DNA of 61,186 nucleotides from Candidatus Omnitrophota bacterium (GTDB lineage Bacteria; Omnitrophota; Gorgyraeia; Gygaellales; Profunditerraquicolaceae): contig JAQTQQ010000005.1 of NCBI GenBank assembly GCA_028712175.1, positions 54,906 to 116,091 on the forward strand, read 5' to 3'. The stretch's first letter is position 1; every line of letters begins with the position of its first letter. This document shows, piece by piece, positions 8,825 to 18,621 of the stretch. The position numbers and the translations under genes are program-made. Under the pieces are notes generated by a model. The model worked only from the letters and a program-made list of their open reading frames with translations. It did no database searches and was not told where the DNA came from.

Positions 8825-9601
8825 TTAGTTTACTATTTCTGAAACAAAAACAAATTTATACCCTTCCTCCGCCATCTCTGGAAGCATCTCTTTTAACACC
8901 TCTAGCGTAGCCTTTCGATCATGGCCTATACCAACAGCTATTCCCTTTTTTGAGCTTATTTTTTTTAATTTTATCAACTGGGCCCTTATATACGCAGGAT
9001 TATTCTCGTTGTCAAGAAAGACGTCCCTTTTGGCAATCTTTAGGTTTATTTTTTTTGCAACTCTTTGGCAAACCGACTTAGCAGTTACAAAACTGTCTAA
9101 AAAATATAATTTGTGCTTTTTTACTTCACCCATAACTATAGAACTCATTTTCTCGTTTTCAGTAATTGCCGAACCCATATGATTAGAAACTCCTTTAGCA
9201 AAGGCAACCGAGGCTAAATCTTTATTAACAATATCCCGTACTCTTTTAGCATCCATATTCAAAGTAATAGTATCTTTTTCCAGCCCGTATTTCTCTTTGG
9301 GCTGCATAGGAAGGTGGAGAATAATTTCAAAACCAAGATCTTTAAGGATTCCGGAGACTAACGCGGAATTTTTAAGGTTGGGCAGGACAGCACAGGTTAA
9401 AGGCTGTTTTATGCCTCTGGCAATTGCCAAATTATCTAAATGATACCCCCAGTCATCGATTACAATAGCGATACTGCCTCTATAAACCGGCAGGCGCTTA
9501 ACCGGAACAGGCGGTTTCTTCTGCAGGGGAGTCAAGATTAAAGCAATAAAAACAAAAAAAAGAAATACTATTAAGATACTAACTAAAAACTTATTTTTCA
9601 T
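8825..9601 (-). CDS. Divergent polysaccharide deacetylase (YibQ-like)
   Basis: 258 aa with an N-terminal TM helix, then IAIVIDDWGY and a C-terminal GIGHDR-type motif. Confidence 0.72.
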   Translation of the reverse strand: MKNKFLVSILIVFLFFVFIALILTPLQKKPPVPVKRLPVYRGSIAIVIDDWGYHLDNLAIARGIKQPLTCAVLPNLKNSALVSGILKDLGFEIILHLPMQPKEKYGLEKDTITLNMDAKRVRDIVNKDLASVAFAKGVSNHMGSAITENEKMSSIVMGEVKKHKLYFLDSFVTAKSVCQRVAKKINLKIAKRDVFLDNENNPAYIRAQLIKLKKISSKKGIAVGIGHDRKATLEVLKEMLPEMAEEGYKFVFVSEIVN

Positions 9602-9637
9602 CTTTTACCGTTTTAGAAAAGTGATTCCCGTTAGATA

Positions 9638-10891
9638 CTACTTTTCTAACGGTGTCCTGCCGGACTTTTTATAGAATCCGATTACCTCAAGGGCGTTTAC
9701 CGCGCGCACTATCTGCTCATCATCCTTATAATTAAACTCTTTGCCCTGATCCTGTTTTTCAGTATCCCCGGGTTTATCAAGTTCAGGCTTCTTATCGGCT
9801 TCCTTCTTCTGGACCACAATGTCGGGGGCAACCCCTTTTCCGTGTATAATTTTCCCGGATGGAGTAAAATAATGGCTGGTAGTCATACGCAGTGCCGAGC
9901 CGTCACCTAAAGGGATAACCGTTTGAACCGAGCCTTTACCGAATGATTTCATCCCGATTATTATGGCACGCTTATAATCCTGGAGCGCTCCTGCGACAAT
10001 TTCACTGCCGGAAGCAGAACCTTCATTAATCATAATCACAAGGGGCAAATCGAGAATAGGATTGCGCGCGTCGGAGAAAAATTCTAAATTTTGTTTATCT
10101 TGCCTGCCCCTAGTATAAGCGATCATCTTATTTGAAGGAAGAAACTTTCCCGTTACCTTGACCGCAACATCCAAAAGCCCTCCGGGATTATTACGCAAAT
10201 CTAAGATTAAGGCCTTCATCCCCTGTTTAGAAAGCTTGCTTAAAGCGTTGTTGAATTCTTGTAAAGTGTTTTCACGAAATTCCGTAAGCCGGATATAACC
10301 AATACCATTCTCTAAGATCCTGACGTGCTTAATATCCTTGATTTTTATTATGTCTCTGATAATCTTAAACTCTAAGAGTTTTTTCTCGTTATCCCTTAAA
10401 ACCGTAATATTTACCGGCTCCTTAGGCAACCCGCGCATTTTTTTAACAGCGTCTGTGAGCGTCATATCACGGGTCAACTCATCATTAATCTTTACGATAT
10501 GGTCATTGGCCTTTATCCCCGCTTTCCACGCAGGAGTATCCTCAATAGGCGTAATTACGGTTAAGAGCCCGTCTTTAATAGTAATCTCAATGCCAAGGCC
10601 GCCGAACTTTCCCTGAGTATCAACCTTTAGTTCATTGTAGGTATCCGGGTCCATAAACTGGCTGTGCGGGTCAAGCGAAGCAAGCATGCCTTTTAAGGCA
10701 CCATAGATTAAATCTTTTGTTTTCGTTTCTTTAACGTATTCTTTTTGAATAATTGCTAAGGTATCGCTGAACAACTCCACCTGCTTATATAATTGGTCGT
10801 TAGATTTCTTTTTACTATCGGAAAACCCTACCCTGGCCCCAACAAATAAAATCACCGCAAAAAGAAAACAAATAAATATATTTTTACGCAT
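9638..10891 (-). CDS. ctpA: Carboxy-terminal processing protease (S41, PDZ-containing)
   Basis: 417 aa with a signal/TM N-terminus, a PDZ region, S41 motifs GSASGSEIVAGALQD and a catalytic-region GKGSVQ. Confidence 0.9.
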   Translation of the reverse strand: MRKNIFICFLFAVILFVGARVGFSDSKKKSNDQLYKQVELFSDTLAIIQKEYVKETKTKDLIYGALKGMLASLDPHSQFMDPDTYNELKVDTQGKFGGLGIEITIKDGLLTVITPIEDTPAWKAGIKANDHIVKINDELTRDMTLTDAVKKMRGLPKEPVNITVLRDNEKKLLEFKIIRDIIKIKDIKHVRILENGIGYIRLTEFRENTLQEFNNALSKLSKQGMKALILDLRNNPGGLLDVAVKVTGKFLPSNKMIAYTRGRQDKQNLEFFSDARNPILDLPLVIMINEGSASGSEIVAGALQDYKRAIIIGMKSFGKGSVQTVIPLGDGSALRMTTSHYFTPSGKIIHGKGVAPDIVVQKKEADKKPELDKPGDTEKQDQGKEFNYKDDEQIVRAVNALEVIGFYKKSGRTPLEK

Positions 10892-12317
10892 CGGTTAACC
10901 TCCGACTCAATAGCTGCCCGACAATTTTAGGGTTTGCCTTACCGGAACTTTTTTTCATAACCTGGCCCACTAAAAACATAAGCGCATTTGTTTTTCCTGA
11001 CCTGAAGTCATCTACCGACTTAGTATTTTCAAGGATAACCGATTCAATAATTTTGGATAATTCTTCCGTATCAGAAACTTGCAGGAGGTTGCTTTCTATA
11101 ATTAACTCCCGTGCAGATTTTCCCGAATCAATCATCTGGCTCAATACGCCTTTAGCGGAAAGCCCAGAGATCTCCCCTCTTTCCACAAAACCGATTAAGC
11201 TAATCAATTCATCATTAGTAATATTTAATTCGCTTATTTTAACTTTTCTTGAATTTGCTTCCGACAATAAAGGCCCAATCAACCAGTTAACCATTAATTT
11301 TTTATCCTTACCCGGATATATCCGTATACACTCCTCGGAAAAACGGGCATCTTCTTTTGAGCTAACTAAAATTTTAGCGTCGTATTCAGACAAAGAATAT
11401 TCTTTCATAAAGCGCTGCAATTTCTCCTGGGGCAATTCCGGCAGCTTTAGCCTTAACCGTTCAATCATATCCTGGTTGATATGAAACCGCGTTAAATCCG
11501 GGTCGGGAAAATACCGGTAGTCCTTGGCGCCTTCCTTAGTACGCATAGATACGGTTACGCCTTTCTCGGCATCCCAAAGCCGGGTTTCCTGAACCATATC
11601 CCCGCCTCTATCAAGCAACTCTGCCTGGCGGCCTACTTCAAAAGAAAGAGCGTCTTTGACCCCTTTAAAAGAATTCATATTTTTTAATTCGGTTTTCACT
11701 CCTAATTCCAACGAGCCGGCCTTACGCAACGAGATATTAGCGTCACAGCGCAAAGAGCCTTTCTCCATATCGCAATCAGAAACATCCAGGTATTCGATTA
11801 TGCTTTTTAAATTAGTCAGATAATCAAAGGCTTCTTGCGGGCTGAATAAATCCGGCTCGCTTACTATTTCAATTAACGGAATTCCCGCGCGGTTAAAATC
11901 TACCAAACTTTGTCCGTCTTCATGGATAAGCTTGCCTGCATCCTCCTCAAGGTGTATACGGGTAATACCGATGCGCTTAGGCTTGTTATCGCGGTAAATA
12001 TACAAATAACCGTTCCGGGATAAAGGTAGATCATACTGGGAGATCTGATAATTCTTAGGTAAATCCGGGTAAAAATAGTTCTTACGGTCAAATTTGGTAT
12101 GTTCCTGTATCTGGCAATTGAAAGCTAAAGCTACTTTAATCGCAGAATTCAACGCTTCTTTATTATAAACCGGCAGAGTCCCCGGAAAACCGAGGCATAT
12201 AGGACAAACACAAGTATTAGGAGCCCTGCCAAAATCAATAATGCATCCGCAAAACGCCTTGGTCTTAGTGCTTAACTGTAAATGCACCTCTAAACCGATT
12301 ACTGTCTGATATATCAT
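10884..12317 (-). CDS. gatB: Asp/Glu-tRNA amidotransferase subunit B
   Basis: 477 aa with IGLEVHLQL and C-terminal YqeY-like GKANPK. Confidence 0.96.
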   Translation of the reverse strand: MIYQTVIGLEVHLQLSTKTKAFCGCIIDFGRAPNTCVCPICLGFPGTLPVYNKEALNSAIKVALAFNCQIQEHTKFDRKNYFYPDLPKNYQISQYDLPLSRNGYLYIYRDNKPKRIGITRIHLEEDAGKLIHEDGQSLVDFNRAGIPLIEIVSEPDLFSPQEAFDYLTNLKSIIEYLDVSDCDMEKGSLRCDANISLRKAGSLELGVKTELKNMNSFKGVKDALSFEVGRQAELLDRGGDMVQETRLWDAEKGVTVSMRTKEGAKDYRYFPDPDLTRFHINQDMIERLRLKLPELPQEKLQRFMKEYSLSEYDAKILVSSKEDARFSEECIRIYPGKDKKLMVNWLIGPLLSEANSRKVKISELNITNDELISLIGFVERGEISGLSAKGVLSQMIDSGKSARELIIESNLLQVSDTEELSKIIESVILENTKSVDDFRSGKTNALMFLVGQVMKKSSGKANPKIVGQLLSRRLTDA

Positions 12318-13756
12318 AGGCTTGACTTGATTTTATGCCACTCTGTATTCTGTTCAAAAGTATGCGCGACCCTAAAAAGCATTTCCTCGTTAAATGATCC
12401 GGCCATAATCTGCAGGCCGACCGGAAGTTTATCCTTAGTAAAACCACAGGGAATAGATATAGCGGGAATTCCGGCCAAATTTACCGAAATAGTATAAATA
12501 TCGGAAAGATACATTTTTAAAGGTTCACTGGCCCTCTCGCCTAATTTAAAAGCCGGAGTTGGTGAAGTAGGGGCAGCTATGCAGTCAAATTCAGCAAAAA
12601 CACGGTCAAAATCCTGTTTAATGAGCGTACGTACTTTCAGGGCACGCAGATAATACGCATCATAATAACCGTGCGATAAGGCAAACGTCCCCAGAATTAT
12701 CCTTCGTTTAGCCTCATCTCCAAAACCTTCTGCGCGCGTGCGCTTATACATTTCGATCAGGTTATCCGATTTTGCCCTATACCCATATTGCACCCCATCA
12801 AACCTTGCAAGATTCGAGCTGGCCTCGGCGGTAGCGATAATATAATAGACAGGGACCGCATATTCGGTATGAGGTAAAGATACTTCTTTAACAGAAGCCC
12901 CTAAAGTTTTTAACTTATTGACCGCCTGCTCAATAACAGATTTAACTTCGCTATCCATGCCTTCTACAAAATATTCTTTAGGTATGCCTACCCTTAAACC
13001 CTTGATATCCTTAGTTAGACTTTTAAGATAATCCGGAACATCTTGGTCAACGGATGTAGAATCATTGGGATCATAGCCCGAAATAGCTTGGGTTAAAATT
13101 GCCGCATCTTCCACGTCTTTAGTGATCGGGCCGATCTGGTCAAGGCTGGAAGCAAAAGCAATCAAGCCAAAACGTGAAACACGGCCATAGGTAGGTTTTA
13201 ATCCAACCACTCCGCAGAAAGATGCAGGTTGACGGATTGACCCTCCGGTATCAGAACCTAGCGCCCAAATCGCCTCATCGGCGGCTACGGCAGCTGCCGA
13301 ACCTCCGGATGAACCCCCCGGAACACAACCTAAATTCCACGGATTATGCGTCGGACCAAAGCAAGAATTTTCTGTTGAAGAACCAAATGCAAACTCATCC
13401 ATATTTGCTTTTAACGGAAAAATCTCCGCACCTGCTTTTTTTAGCTTACTAATAACCGTTGCTTCATACGGCGGGCAAAAACCAGCAAGGATCTTCGAGC
13501 AGCATTCGGTATTTAGGCCCTCCGTACAAATATTATCTTTTACAGTAACAGGCAGGCTGAATAATAAACCCTGCTTTTTATTGACCGCATCATTTTTTCT
13601 AAAGTCAGCTCGCCTTACATAAGCATTAATTTTAGAATCAACCTTTTCTATGCGCGCATAAAGAGCCTCCTGCACAGCCTCGGAAGCAACCGAGCCCGAC
13701 TTAAGCCTAACCAATAGTTCATGGGCGGTCAATTGATTTAGTTCCATATTATTCAA
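12314..13756 (-). CDS. gatA: Asp/Glu-tRNA amidotransferase subunit A
   Basis: 480 aa with the amidase signature [13 protein letters not shown]. Confidence 0.96.
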   Translation of the reverse strand: MNNMELNQLTAHELLVRLKSGSVASEAVQEALYARIEKVDSKINAYVRRADFRKNDAVNKKQGLLFSLPVTVKDNICTEGLNTECCSKILAGFCPPYEATVISKLKKAGAEIFPLKANMDEFAFGSSTENSCFGPTHNPWNLGCVPGGSSGGSAAAVAADEAIWALGSDTGGSIRQPASFCGVVGLKPTYGRVSRFGLIAFASSLDQIGPITKDVEDAAILTQAISGYDPNDSTSVDQDVPDYLKSLTKDIKGLRVGIPKEYFVEGMDSEVKSVIEQAVNKLKTLGASVKEVSLPHTEYAVPVYYIIATAEASSNLARFDGVQYGYRAKSDNLIEMYKRTRAEGFGDEAKRRIILGTFALSHGYYDAYYLRALKVRTLIKQDFDRVFAEFDCIAAPTSPTPAFKLGERASEPLKMYLSDIYTISVNLAGIPAISIPCGFTKDKLPVGLQIMAGSFNEEMLFRVAHTFEQNTEWHKIKSSL

Positions 13757-14039
13757 TTATCTTGGGAACACTGAAGAAATTCCCTTTTTTGCTCGGGGCG
13801 TTTTCCAAAGCTCTTTCCGGGGTTAATGAAGTATGCGGGATATCTTCCCGCAAAACATTGCTTATGGGCAAAATATGGCTTGCAGGCAAAACATCTTCTA
13901 TATTCAAATTGCTTATCTTATCAATAAAACCCAATATCTCATGCAATTGAACATGCAGCCTTTCTAACTCCTTAGCCTGCAAATCGATACGCGCTAAGTG
14001 AGCTACATGCCTAATTGTTTCGTTATCTATCGCCATCAT
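13749..14039 (-). CDS. gatC: Asp/Glu-tRNA amidotransferase subunit C
   Basis: 96 aa. It is the first gene of gatCAB, and a GGAGG Shine-Dalgarno sits just upstream. Confidence 0.9.
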   Translation of the reverse strand: MMAIDNETIRHVAHLARIDLQAKELERLHVQLHEILGFIDKISNLNIEDVLPASHILPISNVLREDIPHTSLTPERALENAPSKKGNFFSVPKIIE

Positions 14040-14055
14040 CCCTCCAATTTAAAAT

Positions 14056-14084
14056 ATATTATCATCCTTTCTTTTAAAAGTCAA
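14056..14084 (-). promoter_or_regulatory. Putative sigma70-type promoter of gatCAB
   Basis: The minus strand reads TTGACT, a 17-nt spacer, then TAATAT, followed by GGAGG and the ATG. Confidence 0.5.
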
Positions 14085-14095
14085 CATACTTGGAT

Positions 14096-14130
14096 TAGCT
14101 CTTGGCTCTTAGGTCTTAGCTCTTAGCTAA
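14096..14130. repeat. Five tandem heptads TAGCTCT/TGGCTCT/TAGGTCT/TAGCTCT/TAGCTAA
   Basis: Read directly from the sequence. The repeats lie in the divergent intergenic region between gatC and the plus-strand gene. Confidence 0.8.
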
Positions 14131-14163
14131 CCTAGGCTTAAACCTAGAATTACGGGTATACAA

Positions 14164-14191
14164 TTGACAAATCCGGGAAAATATGTACAAT
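14164..14191 (+). promoter_or_regulatory. Putative sigma70-type promoter of the 1066-aa gene
   Basis: TTGACA, a 16-nt spacer, then TACAAT, ending 22 nt before the ATG at 14214. Confidence 0.45.
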
Positions 14192-14213
14192 ACTACTAAT
14201 TAACCTCAATAAA

Positions 14214-17200
14214 ATGGGAACAAAAACTAAACAGACAAAAGTAAAATACCACCTGAACAATCAAGGCGAATTTGTCATTGAGAATTATAACTGCGCCAAG
14301 CCGTTTGCTAACTTCTTCCCGGGAATTGCCGGAAAATACGGAATCCCGATGTGGGTTTTCTATGTTAACCGTGGGCAATGTATTTCTAGCTTTGGAACCA
14401 AAGACAAAGATCAAGCTATCCTGGAATTCTACCCCGCAAACAAATCCTGGCAGTTTGTATCAAGCCATGGGTTCCGGACTTTCATCAAAATAAAATCCCC
14501 CAAAGAAACCATTTTCTACGAGCCATTCCGCAATGATTACGAGAATTTAAAATACAAGATTTCTAATTCTATGCGCATAAGCTCAAGCATGCTTACCATT
14601 GAAGAAAACAATTACACTTTAGGAATTAATACCTGCGTAGAATATTTTACTATTCCTAATGATAATTTTTCGGGCTTAAGCCGCAGAGTAACGATTAAAA
14701 ATACCGGTAGAAAAACAAGGACCACAGAAATTATCGATGGCCTGCCCCAGATTGTCCCCTTCGGGGTAAATAATTTTTTCCTAAAAAAACTTGGGCGCAC
14801 CATTGAGGCATGGATGAATGTCGGCAATTTGGAAAACAAAGTTCCGTTCTACGGACTAACGGTTGACCCTTCCGACAGGCCGGAAGTAGTGCATATCGCT
14901 TCCGGAAACTTCTACCTTGGTTTTCATTTTAAAGGGACTCGCGCCGAAATAATCCGGCCGATTGTAGATCCGGAAACTGTATTCGGCAAAGTAACCGATT
15001 TTTCCTACCCTTCCAAGTTCCTGTCTAAACAGAATTTTTCTTATCCGGGTTGGCAGCTAACCAAAAGTAAGACTCCCAGCGCCATGCTTTTTTTAAAATT
15101 AGGCTTAAAAAACGGCGAACAAAAAACATTTTATTCCATAATCGGACAGGCCCGCGATACCAAAACCTTAAACGGCTCAATTAAAAAAATTACAAAATTC
15201 GGTTACGTAGAAAACAGGCTCACCCAGAACACAAGCTTGATCCGTAAACTAAAAGATGACATTCTGACCAAAAGCAGCTCTCAGGCTTTTGACCTCTACG
15301 CGGGGCAAACTTATTTAGACAATATCATGCGCGGCGGCTATCCCGAAGTTTTTAAATCCGGGGCCGTATTTTACCTCTATGCGCGCAAGCACGGCGACCT
15401 GGAGAGGGACTACAATAAATTCCAGCTTCAGCCGGCATATTTTTCTCAAGGAAACGGCAATTACCGCGATACGAATCAAAACCGCCGCAATGATCTCTGG
15501 TTTAACCCTAAAATACAAGATGAAAATATCACTTTCTTTTTAAATTTAATCCAGTCTGACGGATTCAACCCCCTGATCCTAAAAGGCGAGAGCTTCCTGT
15601 TTAAAGACAACCCAGACTCACCCCGGATCCTTGCAAGTATGGTTAAAATTAATGACATTGCCAAACTTCAGGATTTCCTTAAAAAACCTTTTACGCCAGG
15701 CGAGCTAATTTTCTTTATTGAAGAGAACCGGATTAAGCTTACTGATTCATACGATAATTTCCTTGACACCATTATCCTGTCTTCATCAAAAATACAAGAA
15801 GCAGAGCACGGGGAAGGATTTTGGACGGATCACTGGACTTATAACATGGATTTAATCGACAGCTATCTTAGGATTTATCCGGAGAAATTTAATGAACTAT
15901 TCTTTGGCAAAAAAGTTTTTTCTTTTTATGACAATGCGGAAACAGTTAGACCAAGGGACGAAAGATATATCCTTTATAGCGGCAAGGTGCGTCAACTACA
16001 CTCGCTAATATCCGATAGCGGAAAAAAAGAAATGCTGCGCAAGCGCTCAAATAACCCCCATCTCTTAAGGAGCGGTTACGGCACCGGACAAATCTATTAC
16101 ACAACGCTAACCGCTAAACTTTTATGCTTAGCAGCGAATAAATTGGCATCAATGGATCCCTTTGGAATAGGCATTGAAATGGAGGCAAATAAACCAAACT
16201 GGTTTGATTCTCTTAACGGGCTGCCCGCCCTTTTTGGCTCATCTGCGTGCGAAACCTTTGAATTAAAACGCCTGCTGAAAATGATAAGGCGGGCGCTGGA
16301 AAACTCACAAGTTAATAACATTGAGCTCGCCGAAGAAATAGCTTTTTTTATAGAAAAACTCTCCCTCCTGTTTACTGAAGATGAATTTAATTACTGGGAT
16401 AAAAGCAATGCCCTCAAAGAGGATTACCGGCATAAAACCAGAATGGGTTTCTCAGGCAATGAGCTCCATCTTGAAGCAGGCAAACTTATTTATTTTCTGG
16501 ATCTTGCCTTAGAAAAAATCGATTCCGGATTAAATAAAGCTTTTGATAAAACCCGGGGAACCTATAACTCATACTTCATCAATGAAGTTAGTGAATATGA
16601 TATAATTAAAGACCATTACATAAAACCAAGGAAATTCACTCAAAAACCTTTGCCTCTTTTTCTCGAAGGCCAGATGCACGCATTAAGGCTTTCAAATGAT
16701 AGCCGTCAGCTCTTATCCATTCATAAATCAACTAAAAAAAGCGCGCTTTTTGATAAGAAACTAAAAATGTATAAAGTAACTGCTAACCTCGACTTAATGC
16801 CGGAAGAAATCGGCCGATGCCGCGCATTTGCACCGGGATGGCTGGAAAATGAATCCATCTGGCTGCATATGGAATATAAATATATCCTGGAACTCTTAAA
16901 AGGCGGTTTATTTGAGGAATTTTATGCCGAATTTAAAAATGTGCTTATCCCCTTTCAGGATGCGCAAAGATACGGGCGAAGCATATTAGAAAATTCTTCA
17001 TTCTTGGTCAGCAGTGCATTTGCTGATAAAAAATTACACGGTAATGGATTTGTAGCAAGGCTATCCGGTTCAACCGCGGAATTCCTTGAAATCTGGCTTA
17101 CAATGAATGTAGGCTTGCAGCCATTTTCACTGGACAGCCAAGGACAGCTTAATTTAACTTTTGCCCCCGTATTAGCAGGCTGGCTATTTAACAAACAGGG

Positions 17201-17414
17201 GGAATATTCTTTTAACTTTTTAAGCCAAATCCGCCTTACTTATCATAACCCGAAAAGAAAAAATACTTTTGGGAAAAACTGCGCTAAAATATCAAAGATA
17301 ATTATTTTTGAAGACGGCCAGTCAACGCAGATAAATTCCTCTATATTAAGCCACCCTTACGCTCAAAAAGTTAGGGCTTGCCAGATTAAACAAATCGATA
17401 TATTTCTGGAATAA
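14214..17414 (+). CDS. Large cytoplasmic protein of unknown function; possibly an (alpha/alpha)6-barrel glycoside phosphorylase/hydrolase-like enzyme (GH94-like). The function is tentative.
   Basis: Uninterrupted 1066-aa ORF with no signal peptide. The motifs GNYRDTNQNRR and GFWTDHWTYNMD recall, from memory only, the RDxxQD and acid-containing motifs of GH94 phosphorylases. That this is a real CDS is high confidence; the function is low confidence. Confidence 0.5.
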   Translation: MGTKTKQTKVKYHLNNQGEFVIENYNCAKPFANFFPGIAGKYGIPMWVFYVNRGQCISSFGTKDKDQAILEFYPANKSWQFVSSHGFRTFIKIKSPKETIFYEPFRNDYENLKYKISNSMRISSSMLTIEENNYTLGINTCVEYFTIPNDNFSGLSRRVTIKNTGRKTRTTEIIDGLPQIVPFGVNNFFLKKLGRTIEAWMNVGNLENKVPFYGLTVDPSDRPEVVHIASGNFYLGFHFKGTRAEIIRPIVDPETVFGKVTDFSYPSKFLSKQNFSYPGWQLTKSKTPSAMLFLKLGLKNGEQKTFYSIIGQARDTKTLNGSIKKITKFGYVENRLTQNTSLIRKLKDDILTKSSSQAFDLYAGQTYLDNIMRGGYPEVFKSGAVFYLYARKHGDLERDYNKFQLQPAYFSQGNGNYRDTNQNRRNDLWFNPKIQDENITFFLNLIQSDGFNPLILKGESFLFKDNPDSPRILASMVKINDIAKLQDFLKKPFTPGELIFFIEENRIKLTDSYDNFLDTIILSSSKIQEAEHGEGFWTDHWTYNMDLIDSYLRIYPEKFNELFFGKKVFSFYDNAETVRPRDERYILYSGKVRQLHSLISDSGKKEMLRKRSNNPHLLRSGYGTGQIYYTTLTAKLLCLAANKLASMDPFGIGIEMEANKPNWFDSLNGLPALFGSSACETFELKRLLKMIRRALENSQVNNIELAEEIAFFIEKLSLLFTEDEFNYWDKSNALKEDYRHKTRMGFSGNELHLEAGKLIYFLDLALEKIDSGLNKAFDKTRGTYNSYFINEVSEYDIIKDHYIKPRKFTQKPLPLFLEGQMHALRLSNDSRQLLSIHKSTKKSALFDKKLKMYKVTANLDLMPEEIGRCRAFAPGWLENESIWLHMEYKYILELLKGGLFEEFYAEFKNVLIPFQDAQRYGRSILENSSFLVSSAFADKKLHGNGFVARLSGSTAEFLEIWLTMNVGLQPFSLDSQGQLNLTFAPVLAGWLFNKQGEYSFNFLSQIRLTYHNPKRKNTFGKNCAKISKIIIFEDGQSTQINSSILSHPYAQKVRACQIKQIDIFLE

Positions 17415-17479
17415 AAAAATAAACAGCCTATAGACCATCGCTCATCGGCTGCTTAAAAATAATTCTTTAATATTTCAAA

Positions 17480-17818
17480 TTAACCAATCTGCTCGCTTAA
17501 TTTAGCTGAAGCGGTTAGTTCAACCTTCAGGGTATGCACAAAAGTAACGAGCAATATCCTGCCCCTGCTTGAGGCAACAATACTTCCTTTGATCTTGCAA
17601 AAAAAATGCTCCCTTTTCTCCTTTGAGTTTATTTCCTTTAATACATACAAGTATGGTTTTGGTTTTTCAACATCACTGCCTGAGACCTGCTTAACAATAT
17701 AAGCAAAATGACGCCGGATCACGCTATGTATACCCTCCTTATCCATCACCTCAGAGGTAGCGATTATCCTGCGGTTCCTGGATAATGAGGTTAAATTTTT
17801 AAAAAGTAGATTACGCAT
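17480..17818 (-). CDS. Hypothetical protein, 112 aa
   Basis: The ORF starts at an ATG with an AAGGG Shine-Dalgarno-like element 7 nt upstream. I recognise no family. It is predicted beta-rich and basic. Confidence 0.5.
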   Translation of the reverse strand: MRNLLFKNLTSLSRNRRIIATSEVMDKEGIHSVIRRHFAYIVKQVSGSDVEKPKPYLYVLKEINSKEKREHFFCKIKGSIVASSRGRILLVTFVHTLKVELTASAKLSEQIG

Positions 17819-17834
17819 CTTGCCCTTAAAATTA

Positions 17835-17881
17835 GCCGGATTGCCACATTAGCAATCCGGCCCCCCTCGTGGCTGGCGGGG
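17835..17881 (-). promoter_or_regulatory. Two adjacent GC-rich stem-loops in the leader of the 112-aa ORF (possible attenuator or small RNA 3' end)
   Basis: A perfect 10-bp stem GCCGGATTGC/GCAATCCGGC (17835..17861) is followed on the minus strand by TAATTTT. A second 5-bp hairpin sits at about 17865..17881. Confidence 0.35.
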
Positions 17882-17908
17882 AAGTTTGATTACAGAACAA
17901 GTATGCAA

Positions 17909-17940
17909 TAAAAAGAGGCCAAATCAATAGGATTTGGCCT
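17909..17940 (-). terminator. Rho-independent terminator downstream of plsY
   Basis: 10-bp stem AGGCCAAATC/GATTTGGCCT with a 5-nt loop, followed on the minus strand by CTTTTTATT. Confidence 0.7.
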
Positions 17941-17964
17941 TAAAAAGAAAGCGTTTGCTTTTGA

Positions 17965-18621
17965 TTATTTGATTGGTTTATTCTTAAAATTCAGACGGGG
18001 CTCCTGGCCTCTGAACAGCCTATAAAGGTTAGCTTTATGCCGGATAATTACAAAGGCGCTTAACAGTAAGCTTAAATAGAGGACCGGTTTTGGCTGCTTA
18101 AATAAAAAACAGAAAAAAGGCAAGGCTATGGCTGAAATAATTGAAGATAGTGAAACGATCCTTGAGGCTATAAAAACAATAAGCCAAACTAAAATTATTA
18201 ACCCCATTACAATATTTAAGCCGTGTATTTGAATAGAAAGCGCAAGCAGAACGCCAAAGGAAGTCGCAATTCCCTTTCCTCCTTTAAACTGAAGGAATAT
18301 GGTCCAGTTGTGCCCGCAGATACAGCATAGCCCCATAAGGATAAGCAGGTTATGCCCCTCTAAAAAACCCGGCTTATTTACAAAATAATTACCCAAAAAT
18401 ACAACCGCGGCAAAACCTTTAAAAATATCTAAAAGTAAAACTAATACCCCCGGCCCCTTGCCCAAAACCCGCAAGGCATTGGTTGCACCGACATTTCCCG
18501 AACCAACCTTACGAATATCTGCGCCTTTTAGAAACCTTACAAAAAGATAGGCTGTAGGTATACTGCCTATGAGATAACTAGAAACCAGCGCGGCGGTTGT
18601 CCAAAGCATATAAAATCCCAA
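17965..18621 (-). CDS. plsY: Glycerol-3-phosphate acyltransferase PlsY
   Basis: 218 aa, multi-TM, with GSGNVGATN. The start may be the internal Met 4 codons downstream. Confidence 0.9.
   Translation of the reverse strand: MGFYMLWTTAALVSSYLIGSIPTAYLFVRFLKGADIRKVGSGNVGATNALRVLGKGPGVLVLLLDIFKGFAAVVFLGNYFVNKPGFLEGHNLLILMGLCCICGHNWTIFLQFKGGKGIATSFGVLLALSIQIHGLNIVMGLIILVWLIVFIASRIVSLSSIISAIALPFFCFLFKQPKPVLYLSLLLSAFVIIRHKANLYRLFRGQEPRLNFKNKPIK

Noticed and set aside
14096-14130. The heptad repeats as a CRISPR array or minisatellite
   Set aside because: The units are 7 nt with no spacers and no cas genes. I kept the array only as a possible regulatory repeat.
14196-14414. A 72-aa minus-strand ORF overlapping the start of the 1066-aa gene
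   Set aside because: It is antisense to the first 200 nt of a long, well-supported CDS. It would need a start within that CDS, with no Shine-Dalgarno and a hydrophobic, low-complexity tail.
17415-17479. A convergent terminator between the 1066-aa gene and the 112-aa ORF
   Set aside because: Only a weak stem (CAGCC/GGCTG, extendable to 7 bp with a G-U pair) with an 18-nt loop is present, and the U-run is on the minus strand only. This is too weak to call as a feature.
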